A DNA stretch of 63,960 bases, counting the filler, from Octopus bimaculoides (taxonomy: Eukaryota): NCBI RefSeq assembly GCF_001194135.2. It is 5 parts of 5 records of this genome, joined end to end, with 100 filler letters (N's around TTAATTAATTAA, not from the genome) between each part and the next. Parts side by side here need not be neighbours in the genome. Positions count along the whole stretch, not along the records: positions 13,100 to 43,303 come from NC_069000.1; 4 more parts are not named here. One strand, given 5' to 3'. The notes under the pieces were generated by a model. It saw only the letters and a program-made list of their open reading frames with translations, searched no databases and was not told where the DNA came from. The first letter of the stretch is position 1. Every line of letters starts with the position of its first letter. A program made the translations under genes and the position numbers. Positions 25,922 through 40,103 of the stretch are shown piece by piece.

Positions 25922-28900
25922 TATATATATGTTGGCTTATTAGCAATTTAACAGCCTAAAGGCAAGTTTATAGACGTCACTAAAGTGACAGATGGTGCTA
26001 AGTAGTACCAGCATTGCTAGAAATAAGAGTCAAAACAACTCAATGGCCACAGAAGTACTATCATAATGATTGACAAGGGAGAAAAACTCCCTAGCGGACG
26101 TAACCAGATCACCGGTGATGGAGTTATTTTTTAATGGTAGAGCCCCCAGCTTGGTTAGAAGTCGGAGTCATTAATGTTCTCTTATGAAGAGTATTACTGA
26201 AGGGAAATATAAAAGGAAGGCGATGATGGGGAGGAAGAAGAGGATGATGCAGAAAGTGATGGTAGTTATGACGATGATGATGGCGATAATGAAGAGCATG
26301 TTGATGAAAATGGAGGACAGTGGCCAGAGGTAGTGGCTTTAATCGAAAGAGAGTACTGTCTACTTACTTGCACATTCCGGTTTGCATTAAAGAGCATGAT
26401 GACAATAAATGAGAGCACCTCTCGTATTATTGCCTCGCTCTTCCGGGCAAGATGTGGCAGCGATGTAATAATGGCGTTGTGTGAATTAATTGCGTTCTGT
26501 ATCTCACGAATGCAATCAGTTTGTCTGAATAGGAAGAAGAAGAAGAAAAAATATGCAATTAAAAATGGCGCACGAAAATTGTTCGAGAAAGATTTCACAA
26601 CGAACAGGTTTGGGACGTTACCTTAGTTCACTGGTAGTGAACAGCTGACAGATCTGACAACAGCTAATACATCTCCAGCGTTAGAAGCTGTGCAAAGGCA
26701 ATAATAATAAGAAGAAGAATAACAGTCGCTTACTTTTTTATCTTCGGTGTTGAAGAACGCGTCTCCCAATCTTCGGGAAGTTTTCTTTCATCATTCATGA
26801 CAATGGCTCGCAACAGCTGCAGGCATTTTATATCCAAGTCTTCATTGGCAGCACATTTGGACCGACTTGAAGTGTGGGCTTTGATGGAAATACTGTTTAA
26901 TGTTGTACCATGAAATGAAATCAAATCAAATCAAAACTCTTCAGACGCATTAAGAAAATTCTAATCTCACATAAATCTTCAGATTATTTGGAAATCTTGT
27001 TTATCTGTTATCTTTTACTTACTTGAGCTATTGGACTGTGGCAATGCTGGAGCACCGCTTTGAATGGTTTAGCCAAGTAAAGCGACTCCAGCACTTATGC
27101 TTGCAGTTCGGTACTTTTTTCTATGGGTCTCTTTTGCAAGGGGACACGTAAAGAAACCAACATCGGTCGTCTAACAGAGGGGAACAAACAAAACACACAC
27201 ACACACACANNNNNNNNNNNNNNNNNNNNNNNNNNNNNNNNNNNNNNNNNNNNNNNNNNNNNNNNNNNNNNNNNNNNNNNNNNNNNNNNNNNNNNNNNNN
27301 NNNNNNNNNNNNNNNNNNNNNNNNNNNNNNNNNNNNNNNNNNNNNNNNNNNNNNNNNNNNNNNNNNNNNNNNNNNNNNNNNNNNNNNNNNNNNNNNNNNN
27401 NNNNNNNNNNNNNNNNNNNNNNNNNNNNNNNNNNNNNNNNNNNNNNNNNNNNNNNNNNNNNNNNNNNNNNNNNNNNNNNNNNNNNNNNNNNNNNNNNNNN
27501 NNNNNNNNNNNNNNNNNNNNNNNNNNNNNNNNNNNNNNNNNNNNNNNNNNNNNNNNNNNNNNNNNNNNNNNNNNNNNNNNNNNNNNNNNNNNNNNNNNNN
27601 NNNNNNNNNNNNNNNNNNNNNNNNTATATATATATATATGTATGTATATGCTTGTGTGTCTGTGTTTGTCCCCTCAAAATCGCTTGACAACTAATGCTGG
27701 TGTGTTTACGTCCCCGTAACTTAGCGGTTCGGCAAAAAGACCGACAGAATAAGTACTAGGCTTACAAAGAATAAGCTCTGGGGTCGATTTGCTCGACTAA
27801 ATGCGGTGCTCCAGCATGGCCGCAGTGAAATGACAAACAAGTAAAAGAGTAAAAGAGAGTGTCGTGTGAATCATACCGTATTATGTTCCTAAGTATTTTA
27901 TATCTAAGTAAATCATTTTAAACAAAGCATGCAGCACTTACGCCAAAAGATCCACCAGTTTCTTCGCCGGGGCATATTTCTTTGTTGGTTTCTTTTCATT
28001 CTGCGCAACAAAACAGCGGACAAAACTCTGGAACTCATCGCCAAGTGGCAGTTCTTCGTCGCCACCAATACTTGTATATTCTGCAACAAAAACATGAAGA
28101 ATAAAAAATGAAATATTTCTGCTTCTAATATTATCCCATTCTAAGGCGGCGAGCTGGCAGAAACGTTAGCACGCCGGGCGAAATGCTTAGCGGTATTTCG
28201 TCTGCCGTTACGGGGTCGATAAAGTAAGTACCAGTTATGCACTGGGGTCGATGTAATCGACTTAACCCCTTTGTCTGTCCTTGTTTGCCCCCTCTATGTT
28301 TAGCCCCTTGTGGGCAATAAAGAAATAAGAAACGTCAGCACGCCGGGCGAAATGCTTAGCGGTATTTCTCCTGTTGCTATGTTCTGAGTTCAAATTCCGC
28401 CGATGTCGATTTTGCCTTTCATCCTTTCGGGGTCGATAAATTAAATATCAGTTGCGTACCGGGGTTGATCTAATCGATTGACACCCACCCACAAAATTTC
28501 GGGCCTTGTGCCTAGAGTAGAAAAGAATATCGATTCTTTGCCTTTTCCGATTCTCTCCAGGGACCCTGTCAATTCGCCATCCCTGTATACGTTTTTTCCC
28601 TTTTTATCATTTCAGTCAGTTGACTGCGGCCATGCTGGGGCATCTCCTCGAAAGGATTTTTTTAGTCGAACAAATCTAGCGCAAGACCATTTTTTAAACC
28701 TTCTATTTATACTCTCGGTCTCATTTGCTAAATCGCTAAGTTACGGGAATGTAAACACACCAATACCGGTTGTCAAGCGATGGTGGTGGACAAACACAGA
28801 CCCAAAGACAGACAGACAGACACACATATGTATATATATCAACACACACACACGCACACACATATATACAACGGGCTTTCAGGCACTATCAAATCGACTC

Positions 28901-30402
28901 GCAAGGCTTTGGTCAGCCCGAGGCTATAGTAGAAGACACTTGCCCATGAGGTCACGCAGCGGGACTGAACCCGGAGCTATGTGACTGAGAAACGAGCTTC
29001 TTACCACACAGCCATGAACGCTCTTTGTTTTATATATTTTTTGCTAGGATGTGATCTAAATGCGATTTGGTTGCTATTTCTAGTAGGTCGAACTACCACG
29101 CAGAGTATAGGACATTGAGGATAGAACAAGGAATAACTTACCATTTTTGATGTTTTTACACTTGAGTTGTGCTGCCACCGTGTTGTGACCACAGTAGACA
29201 ATCTTACAATTCCTGGCAAATGTATGGAACTTGGCGTTGAGTTCAATCTCAGCTGCATAATATTCCATGTTGCCCTTAAAGTATACGAAACATAAGGTTA
29301 TTAGCTTCTTACATATGAAAACAGCTCTGGATTTACGTTAGTTTTAAAATTTACTTAACAGAGTCTCGATAAAATTGACATACGAAAACAAGGTAATTGG
29401 TTCTTTATATGAGAACAAGGCCCTGAAATTAGCTTTTAAATAGATTTTTGTAGTACTTAATGAAATAAAGAAGGTAACCAGTTTCTTACTTTTGATTATG
29501 GGGTGCTGGAATTGTGTTAGTTTTAAAAAATTATTTTGTAAGATTTGGATAAAATATACAGACTATAACAATGTATAAGGTTTCTTTCATTAGTACAAAA
29601 CCCTTAAATTATTTGATTCTTTAAATTTATTTGGTGAAGTTTGTATAAAATATACAGACTATAAAGTAGTTGGTTTCTTGCATTAAAACAAGACACTCGA
29701 ATTGCATTAGTTTTTAAAACTTATTTAAAAGAGTCTCGAAATAAATGTAGACGATATGTTAACTGGCTTCTTACACTAAACAACAAGGCCCTTTAGCTTA
29801 GGTATATTCTCTAAATTTATTTGGTAGGGTCTTGATGTTTGACCAAAAGAACCGGCTATTGCAAGCAAAATTAAATATTGAAACAAGAGCACTCAGAGAG
29901 CGCAAACCTCCGCCAATGCAACACCAACGTCCTCTCAATGATTATCCGGAGAGAATTTTCAAAATGAGGTTATCTGAAATAAACTCGATTGCTCTCACAA
30001 ACAAGAATACTAAAAATGAACCCGACCGCTCTCAAAATTTTAGTAAAAAAATAGGAAAAATAATTCAGAATCCTTGTCTGGTACTGGATCGATCCCAAAA
30101 TCTAATCAGTTCGTGCCAGTCACGAGGCCAAACATCTCTGGAAGTTTCATACGAAACCATTCAGTAGTTCTTGAGATATCTTGTCCACAGACAAACAAAC
30201 AAACACGACTGAAAACAATACTTCAGCCTTCGTTAAGGCGGAGGTAATAATAATCCTTTCTACTATAGACATAAGGCCTGAAATTTAGGGAAGCGGGGAG
30301 AGTCGATTACTCAACTGGCGGATTTTGAACTCAGAACGTAGCGACGGGCGAAATACTGCTAAGTATATCGTCCATCGTGCTAACGATTCTGTCAGCTCAC
30401 CG

Positions 30403-30444
<42 letters not shown>

Positions 30445-30565
30445 TGATAATAATATTTCCTTACACGTCTTACTGCTATTTGGTCATCTTCAAAGCTTAT
30501 TTCACTTGAAAATTTTTCCAAGATTCCAATTAGCATCTGAAATAATAATAATAACAATAATAATA

Positions 30566-30601
<36 letters not shown>

Positions 30602-31377
30602 AGCCACAAGCCCAGTAATTTGTATAGCACCAACACAAGTACTAGACTTGTAATCGATTTTAACGAGTTAGAACAGTGCTCCGCAACCTTTTTTCACTTG
30701 CGGCACACTTATGTTCTTTTCAAAATTTGGCGGCACACCTGAACTAGAAATATGGCTAAGAGTATAGGGGAAAAAAATTATACTCAGATTACACTGCGGC
30801 ACATATAGCATCATCTCGTGACACACCAAGCATCGTCTCATGACACACCAGCGTTCCGCACCATTCCGGTTGCGGAGCGCTAATCTAAGATAATACTTTC
30901 TTTCCTAAATGCCAGAAAGGTGCCACAGAGCACGTTACATTGAAATAGGAAGAATGAGAAAGAAAATAAAAACGAGATAAAGACGGTACACATCGTATAA
31001 AAACGTGTTAATCTCCAGGAAACGAAGTATCACATAGCATCGACAAAGGAACCTCGCTGAGCCAGAATTACGCTGATCATCAAAAACAATTAACTCCTGT
31101 TTAAGGTGTACGATGATAGTAGATTCAGTTGCTCACCAATTCTACCGAATATATAGGCGGGGAGGGGAATAGAACGGAACAAGATAACTGTTGTGGTACT
31201 CACAGTTTTTGAAACACTTGAGGTTGACACGACACTTGTTAAAGCTGACACTACATTTTTCATATGGAATGGTTTAACGAGCATTGGGCTGATGAGTTCA
31301 CAGAACGTCTTGAAACAAAGAGTAAACATTAATAAGAATATCACAGCTTTCAAATTCTGTGTATGTGTAAACATGTT

Positions 31378-31435
<58 letters not shown>

Positions 31436-34232
31436 GAATTTACAAAAAGAAACAAAAGACGAAGACGGGTGTGTAAACAACAAACAGATGTATTAGTTTA
31501 ACGCTCGGGAAGTGAGAAAGTCTTTAACGTTTCGAGCCTACGCTCTTCAACAGAAAGGAACACAGAAATAAACAGGGAGAAAAAGGTTTAGTGGCTAGCG
31601 ATCTATCATGGCGATCTCTCTCTCTATATATATATTATCTTTTACTTGTTTTAATCGTTAGACTGCGGACATGCAGGGGCGCCGCATCGAAGAATTTTTA
31701 GTCAAATGATTGGTCCTTCTGGCATTATTTTTATCGGTCTCTTTTTCAGAACTGCTAAGTTATGGAGACGTAAACAAAACAACGCCGGTTGTCAAGCAGT
31801 AGTGGGGGACAAACAATGACAAAAAAATACACACATTTATACAACAGGCTTCTTTCAGTTTCTTTCTATCAAATCCACTGGATCGGCCCGAGGCTATAGT
31901 AGAAGACTCTTGCCCAAGATGCCACGCAGTGTAATTGAACCTGGGACCATGTGGTTAGGAAACAATTTTTTTTTACCACACAGTTACGGCTTTATGTATT
32001 GGGTTGACAAGAAAGTAATTTCGGTTTTTTTAGTGTGAAACCAAAGTCATTTTTTTTTCATACAAAGGATAATCTTTAATCAATTATATATTTTCTATTT
32101 TGTTCGATGACCTTTTGCCATATTTCTGGCAACTTCATGATTTGGCGCTCATGGACCTTATCAGCCAAAGACTGAAGCATGTGCGATTTCAGGTCATCAT
32201 CATTATTAAAAGTTTTACCATTCAAAGCATTTTGCAAATTTCAAAATAAATGGTAATTTGATGGTGCAAGATCAGGGTTATATGGTGGATGTGACATCGA
32301 TTCCCAACCAAGCTCCATTAAAATTCCCCGAGTTAGCAAAGACGTGCGTGGTCTAGCATTGCCATGGTAGAACACGATTCCTTTATGATTTGCCAATTTC
32401 GACCGTTTTTCTTTGATTGCTTCCTCCAGTTTCATTATTCGTTGATAGTAAACATCTGAATTAATCGTTTGGTTCCTTGGAAGCAGCACAAAATACACAA
32501 CACCCCTGTAATCCAACCAAATCGACAGCATGACCTTTCTTTGATGCAATTCAGCTTTCGATATGGTTTGTGCTGGTTCATTACACTTGATCGTTTTTTG
32601 ACAATGATCGTTTTTTGACCATGATCGTTTTTTGACCATGATCGTTTTTAATTGATGTTATTGTAGACAATCCATTTTTCATCACCAGTGCTGATTCGGT
32701 TAAAAAAGGTCAATTTCATTGCGTTTGCGATGCATATCACAAATATAGATTCGTTGTATTAACTGAATCTCTTTCAATTTATGTGGAACCGAAATATCGA
32801 ACTTCTTAACGAGTCCCGAACATTTTAAGCAATNNNNNNNNNNNNNNNNNNNNNNNNNNNNNNNNNNNNNNNNNNNNNNNNNNNNNNNNNNNNNNNNNNN
32901 NNNNNNNNNNNNNNNNNNNNNNNNNNNNNNNNNNNNNNNNNNNNNNNNNNNNNNNNNNNNNNNNNNNNNNNNNNNNNNNNNNNNNNNNNNNNNNNNNNNN
33001 NNNNNNNNNNNNNNNNNNNNNNNNNNNNNNNNNNNNNNNNNNNNNNNNNNNNNNNNNNNNNNNNNNNNNNNNNNNNNNNNNNNNNNNNNNNNNNNNNNNN
33101 NNNNNNNNNNNNNNNNNNNNNNNNNNNNNNNNNNNNNNNNNNNNNNNNNNNNNNNNNNNNNNNNNNNNNNNNNNNNNNNNNNNNNNNNNNNNNNNNNNNN
33201 NNNNNNNNNNNNNNNNNNNNNNNNNNNNNNNNNNNNNNNNNNNNNNNNNNNNNNNNNNNNNNNNNNNNNNNNNNNNNNNNNNNNNNNNNNNNNNNNNNNN
33301 NNNNNNNNNNNNNNNNNNNNNNNNNNNNNNNNNNNNNNNNNNNNNNNNNNNNNNNNNNNNNNNNNNNNNNNNNNNNNNNNNNNNNNNNNNNNNNNNNNNN
33401 NNNNNNNNNNNNNNNNNNNNNNNNNNNNNNNNNNNNNNNNNNNNNNNNTATATATATATATATATATATATATGTATACACACACATATATATAGAGAGA
33501 GGGAGAGAGACAGACTGAGAGACAGTGGGAGAGAGACAAAGGGAAAGACAGAGACAGACAGACACAAAAAGAAAATTGATGCATTAACATGAAAAAATGT
33601 ACTGTACATATACGCTAAATAAGTGCTTAATTAAATATTCTTTGTTAAACTCAAACATGTTATGAAATCACAGTAAACACAGCGGGAAAAAAAACTCCAA
33701 GAAACTAAAATGGATCGGCTAAAATGATTGCTGAAAGCAACACATTTGGAATAAAAAACAATAATTCACAAATCTAATTTACACTGCATTCTAAGTAATG
33801 TACGCCTTTCTTTAAAAGTAACTTAAAATTCTTAGTTAACCATCATTTTTAATAACGCGAAAATATTATTATAAATTCATTTACAAATGGAAAAAATACA
33901 AGATTTGAGCTGCGTCCATTGCCATTATCATAATTATGAAGGTTGTGGGAACAGAGTATCAGATAGTTCGATGTGAGAATGGAATAATTACATGGAATAA
34001 GATTAAGAGTAGATAATTCTAATAAGATGGTCTTCCATAAGTTGTTTACAAGGGAGATAAACGATTAAGAAGAAGAAACACAACTTACCACAAGTCCTTT
34101 GGCAAGGTTTTCTGTAATGGTTATTTCACTTGAAAATAATGTTTTATCAGGCATGTAGTATAACATATAAAATACCTTAAAAGAAACAAATATATAGTTA
34201 AGTGGATATATATATATGTTNNNNNNNNNNNN

Positions 34233-34264
<32 letters not shown>

Positions 34265-37200
34265 GTGGAAATATAAAAGGAGCAAAAATGGTGTAGAATC
34301 AGTATACACCACGTGGCAAAATTATGAAGTGAAAATATGTGTTAAACTTATATAAAAAAAGGGGAAGAGAAATGCCTTCATTCCACATAATAACACAGTC
34401 CACTTTCTAATTAATTAATTAAAAAGTAAATTATTTAAACTGAAGCGAAACATAAATATTCAGTGTGTGTGTTTTATTGGCAGAATGACCCTCCCAAAAT
34501 ACAACGATATTCATTCTAGCAAGCAGTTTCACATCAGGAATCTTGTGAAACAGACACGAAGATACATGGACACATACATAGATATTGTCTCACACTCAAG
34601 TGCACATACATGCACCCGAAAATTCTCTCTCTCACACACACATACACAAGTAAATCTCATAAAAGCTTGCTCACAAAATTCATTGAGTATATTTATTCTT
34701 TTTCTGGAATTACGGAGATGTACTTGCATAGCAAATGACCTGATCTGAGATCGTGTGCTGAAACAAAAACAATTGCAGCGTGGAAGGTGTTTATAAGCCG
34801 TTTAAAAACACACAAAAACCGTTAGATTCACTTCAACATTTAAATTTAATTTGCCAAAGTATTTCTGTCGCTTTGAGATCGCAACTTGTTCACTGACAAA
34901 ATTCTGAGATTCAGCACGGAATTTTGTCAGTGAACAGGTCGTCGCAGTCTCAAAGAGACGAAAATATTTTGACAAATTAAATTTAAATGTTGAAATGAAT
35001 CTAACGGTTTCTGTGTGTTTTTAAATGGCTCATAAACTCCTTCCACGCTGCAATTGCTTATATTTATTTTATAAAATGACATATCTATGTCTACATAAAT
35101 TAGTTTACATGCAAGAAAAAGAGATTTGTATTCATTTCATACAATGTAGTGTCTATGCATATAAAAATTAGTTTACGCGCCAAAGAAAAATAGTGACAGC
35201 AGATTTATTAAACATATTCATTTTATACAATGTAATGCCTATGAATATAAAATTAAATGTAATGTTTAAAAAGTAAATATGTTAATGTTTTTATAATATA
35301 CAATGCGATATCTATGCATATAAGAATTTGCTTACGTCTAAAAGAAAAAGAGTGACAGAAGATCTATTTTAATGCATTTATTTATGTAATGTCTATTTTT
35401 TATTTTCTCTTTGTTTCAGTTATTGGGCTGCGATCATGCTGGGGCACTACCATAAAGGGGTTTAAGTCGAACAAATCTACCCAAGTAAGTATTTTTGTTT
35501 TAAAGTCGCATGCTTAGTCTTTCGGTTATTTTCGTCGAACCGGTAGTTTACGGGGTACGTAAACTAAACAACACCGTCTGTCAAGCAGTAAGTAGGTGGA
35601 CAAACACAGAAACAAAGGTACACACATTTATATCCATCCATCCACCTATCTATCTGTCTGTCTGTTTGTCTATCTGTCTATCAGTAATTGTATATATACA
35701 ATGCAATGAATTAACTTACATGCAAGAAGGGGAGTACACCTTCCAGTACATAGTAGAGATTGCCGTGGACCATTCCTCTTGTGTCACTGCTATCAGCAAT
35801 AGCACTGCAAAGGGAGACAAGAAAGTTACAGACAATGCACATTACACTGAAACAGCTTGTTATTAACTACAGTACCAATGTAACGGAGATTTACAATAAA
35901 TATATTTGTCGAATACTGTTTCTCGCTCAGGGATTTAAAACTAGTGGTTTTTCTCTTTATGAGATCAGCAACTGTGTGTCGCTTTAAAAGTATATACTGG
36001 AGCAAGGTCAAGTGGCTGCCATCTCTAGCCGGTGCTTAACCTGTACCGAGGAAAGGAAATTACCCAGAAACCATTGGTCTGCAGGTATCACTGAAGCTAG
36101 TATAATACTGTAAGCAATAAACTCTCTTGCTCACAGTATACGGACACAGACCATGTGTCGTAGCCAGCCGGGAAAGATGTTTTCCTGAGGCTAAACAGTA
36201 GACTTTATTTATAGAATCATATCCTTACGTATTGCTACAAGAAGTCGGGCCACTTTTCTCTTTTGTCCCGCCAGTCTCATGGTTACAATACAGAAGAATT
36301 CAGCAGTTTGGAATGAAACTTAAAGTGGTTAGTTTCGTCATTTTTACAACTCTTCAGGACGCATCATCTCTTCCTTCCAAGCCGCGGAAGGCAAGTATAT
36401 TTCGTAGGAGATAATGTCGGATTTTCTGATACAATGCTTCTGTTTTGTAATTGTTTTAGTCATTGAGCTGTGGCCAGATTGAGGGCACCGCCTGGGAGGG
36501 CTGTAGCCAAACAAAAGATCCACAACAACAACACCAATAATAACGACCACAGTGTGAAGACCGATCACAATAACAACAACACCAACAATAGCAGCAACAA
36601 CATCATATTATGAACAGCAGTAACAACAACAACAATAATAACAACAACAGTGGTAACAGCATCAGCAACAAGTACAACAGTGACAACAACAAAAGCAAGA
36701 AGTACACCGACGATAAAGCGAATGATTATTTTGTGAATAAAAGAAGGATTTTAAAAGCATGAAAAGAGTAACCTTTTGTCTGGATAAGTTTTCAGCAAAG
36801 AAGTGGTCCTTTCTCGGTAACGGGTGACAGACTCAAACAGCTCATTGACAGTTTGAACAGTCGTGGAAAGGAAGTCCCAAATTTTTCTGTCAGAAAAGAT
36901 AAATAAATAAGTTAATTAATGGATAAATAAATGAAGAAAAAAAAAAAAAGAATAAATGAATAAGCAATAATTGCTGCGTCAAATTTGTACGGTTTTTCTG
37001 TTCTCAAAAATAACTGCAAAAAGTGTTTGAACTAAATTCCGAAATGTCTACAGGTACCGTCAGTGTTTCAATATATTTGGTAATGTTAAGACACAATTAC
37101 TGCTCATTCATTATTCTTTATCTATCTATCTATCTATCCTTCTATCTATCTATCTATGTTGCGTTGAGTTCTTGAGCAAAATACTCCATCTCACTTTGTT

Positions 37201-38483
37201 CTGCGACCACTTCGACACCTGACGCGTGGCGCACAGTGCCCCTGTTGAGACAACGTCGATTTGATGGAGGGAGGGAGTTAATGGTCGGCACTGACATTTG
37301 ATCACTATAAAAAAATCATTTGTGCAGGTCATTCGGCAGAGGGTTGAATGTTCATGCGTAGTTTTCGATGGGAGAGTCCATTATTATTGAAGCGATGATC
37401 TGGCAGAATCAGCACGCCGGACAAAATGCTTAGCGACATTTCGTCCGACTTAACTCTCAATCTCTCTCTTCCTTCCTTTCTTTATTTCTTTCTGTCTTTC
37501 TTTCTTTCTTTCTCTCTTTCTCTTCCTCTCGCTGTCTTTCTCACGATCTCACTCTCTCATTCTCTCTCTCCCTCTCTCACTCCCTCTTTCATTCTCTCTC
37601 CCTCGCTATCTTTCTCTCTCACTTTCTCTGTTTCTCTCCCTTCTCTTCAGTCTGTCTATCTTTCTCTCTCTCACTTCCTCTCTATTTTTCTATCTCCTCC
37701 TCCTCCGGATCCCCCTTCCCCTATCTCTCTCTGACAAGCTTCCGCACAGCTTGTTTTACCCAAATTTCATTTGCAAGATTATCGTTGATGAGAAACTTCG
37801 GTTGGAGAAACTTGCCCAAGATGCAACAAGGAGGGATCGAACAAAAAAACCCACATCGTTTTAAATTTAACTTCTAAACGACGGAGACAGCCACCCCATT
37901 CATCAGTATGGGCGATGATGTTGACGATGATGATGTTGGTGGTGGTGGCAGTGATCGTGGTGATGGTGATGGTGATGAAGATGATGATGAAAATGATGAT
38001 GATGATGGTGGTGGCGGTGATCGTGACGATGATGATGATGATGGTGATGAAGTTGAGGATGATAAAGTTGTTGATGGTGGGAGTGGTGGGTGATGGTGAT
38101 GATGGTGATGACGATGATTGATGATGATGATTATTAATATGATGATGATGGTGACGATGACGATGATGATGCTGCTGATGATGATGATTATGATGGTTGT
38201 GGTGGTGGTGATGGTGATGATGATGATGATGATGATAATGGTAATGATGGTTACGNNNNNNNNNNTGGTGATGGTGATGATGATGATGATGATGATAATG
38301 GTAATGATGGTTACGGTGACAGTGATGGTGGTGATGATGATGAAGATGATGATGATGATGATGATGGTGGTGATGATGAAGATGATGACGAGGAGGACAG
38401 TGAAACGTTTGTCGCAATTATTGATCGCAACAGTATTACTTCAACATTTCGGTTATCACCCTTCACATATACGCAACTACACA

Positions 38484-38524
<41 letters not shown>

Positions 38525-38745
38525 ACACACGCACACAAGAAGCGTGTTTATTTTCCTAAGTTTCATCCACATAGTACAAGCTCTGTTCTATTTACGGCAG
38601 CACTGACCCATATCCTACATACAACTCTCTTAATGGAGTGACGTATGTTATTGCATGGCGAAGGGTGTAGCGAGGCGCTTTGTTGGAGGTGGGGGAAGAT
38701 GCGTGTGTGCATGTGCGTGCAAATGCCATGTTGTGTGTGTGTATG

Positions 38746-38792
<47 letters not shown>

Positions 38793-39207
38793 NNNNNNNN
38801 NNNNNNNNNNNNNNNNNNNNNNNNNNNNNNNNNNNNNNNNNNNNNNNNNNNNNNNNNNNNNNNNNNNNNNNNNNNNNNNNNNNNNNNNNNNNNNNNNNNN
38901 NNNNNNNNNNNNNNNNNNNNNNNNNNNNNNNNNNNNNNNNNNNNNNNNNNNNNNNNNNNNNNNNNNNNNNNNNNNNNNNNNNNNNNNNNNNNNNNNNNNN
39001 NNNNNNNNNNNNNNNNNNNNNNNNNNNNNNNNNNNNNNNNNNNNNNNNNNNNNNNNNNNNNNNNNNNNNNNNNNNNNNNNNNNNNNNNNNNNNNNNNNNN
39101 NNNNNNNNNNNNNNNNNNNNNNNNNNNNNNNNNNNNNNNNNNNNNNNNNNNNNNNNNNNNNNNNNNNNNNNNNNNNNNNNNNNNNNNNNNNNNNNNNNNN
39201 NNNNNNN

Positions 39208-39265
<58 letters not shown>

Positions 39266-40052
39266 TTGCAATAAATAATCTTCAATGAGAATTGACGAAA
39301 CAAATGTCGAGTGCCGGACTAAATGTATTTCGTTATTTAATTTAATTCCAATGATATTTGAACTTAAAATAGAAAATGAAAAAAGGGAAAAACATTATCG
39401 GCGGAGCTTTATGAGATTTTTTTTGTTTTGTAGCTGTGTTCCTCCTCGACAAATTTTGTTTCTCGTTTATGAAATCTGAATAAATTTTAAAATCTTCTCA
39501 GAAATATGATGTTGGAAAGTCAAACAGAAGAAAAACGAATTTATCTGAAAACCAAAGAAATTTTGTATGTATGTACGCATGTATGTATGTACGCATGTAT
39601 GTATATATGCATGTATGTTGGAGGAGACACGTGGGATAGAGAGTCGCTGAAGAGGTCACAGAGAGTGTGAAAAAAATTCAGACAAAGGACACTAAGATAA
39701 GAACAATAATAAACCTGAAGTAAAGAACAAATATATAGTGTTGTGTCGGGATAGAGTCATACTGCCTTAATATCTAACACACTCACCGGTTCAATTTCCA
39801 GTCATTTATCATACATATATATTTCAAAACTTTTCGTTGCTTTTGCATCCTTGTCAATGGATGTTGACTCAACATCCATTGACAAGGTTGCAAAAGCGAC
39901 GAAAATTTATGAATAATAAATGAGTGGAAACTGAACCGGTGAGTGTGTTAGATAATAAGGCATTAAGACAATATGACTCTCCCCAGACACAACAAAATTT
40001 GTTTCAACACACGAATTTACATAAAGAATCTTGTAAACCCGATACAAAAACG

Positions 40053-40103
<51 letters not shown>

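Noticed and set aside
38204-38315. Exact ~50-bp direct repeat flanking a 10-N gap
   Set aside because: Likely unmerged contig overlap (assembly artefact).
38380-38461. Minus-strand ag|GDNRNVEVILL resembling the expected missing-exon start (GENR..E)
   Set aside because: Poor acceptor, no downstream conserved Cys/RFxxW motif, runs into a (TCA)n repeat with no donor.
39285-39479. Plus-strand ORF NVECRTKCISLFNL...RRSFMRFFLF superficially like the IP3R segment that is missing
   Set aside because: Wrong strand and no splice sites in the required phase; probably chance. Worth one TBLASTN check because the contig lies between gaps and could be inverted.
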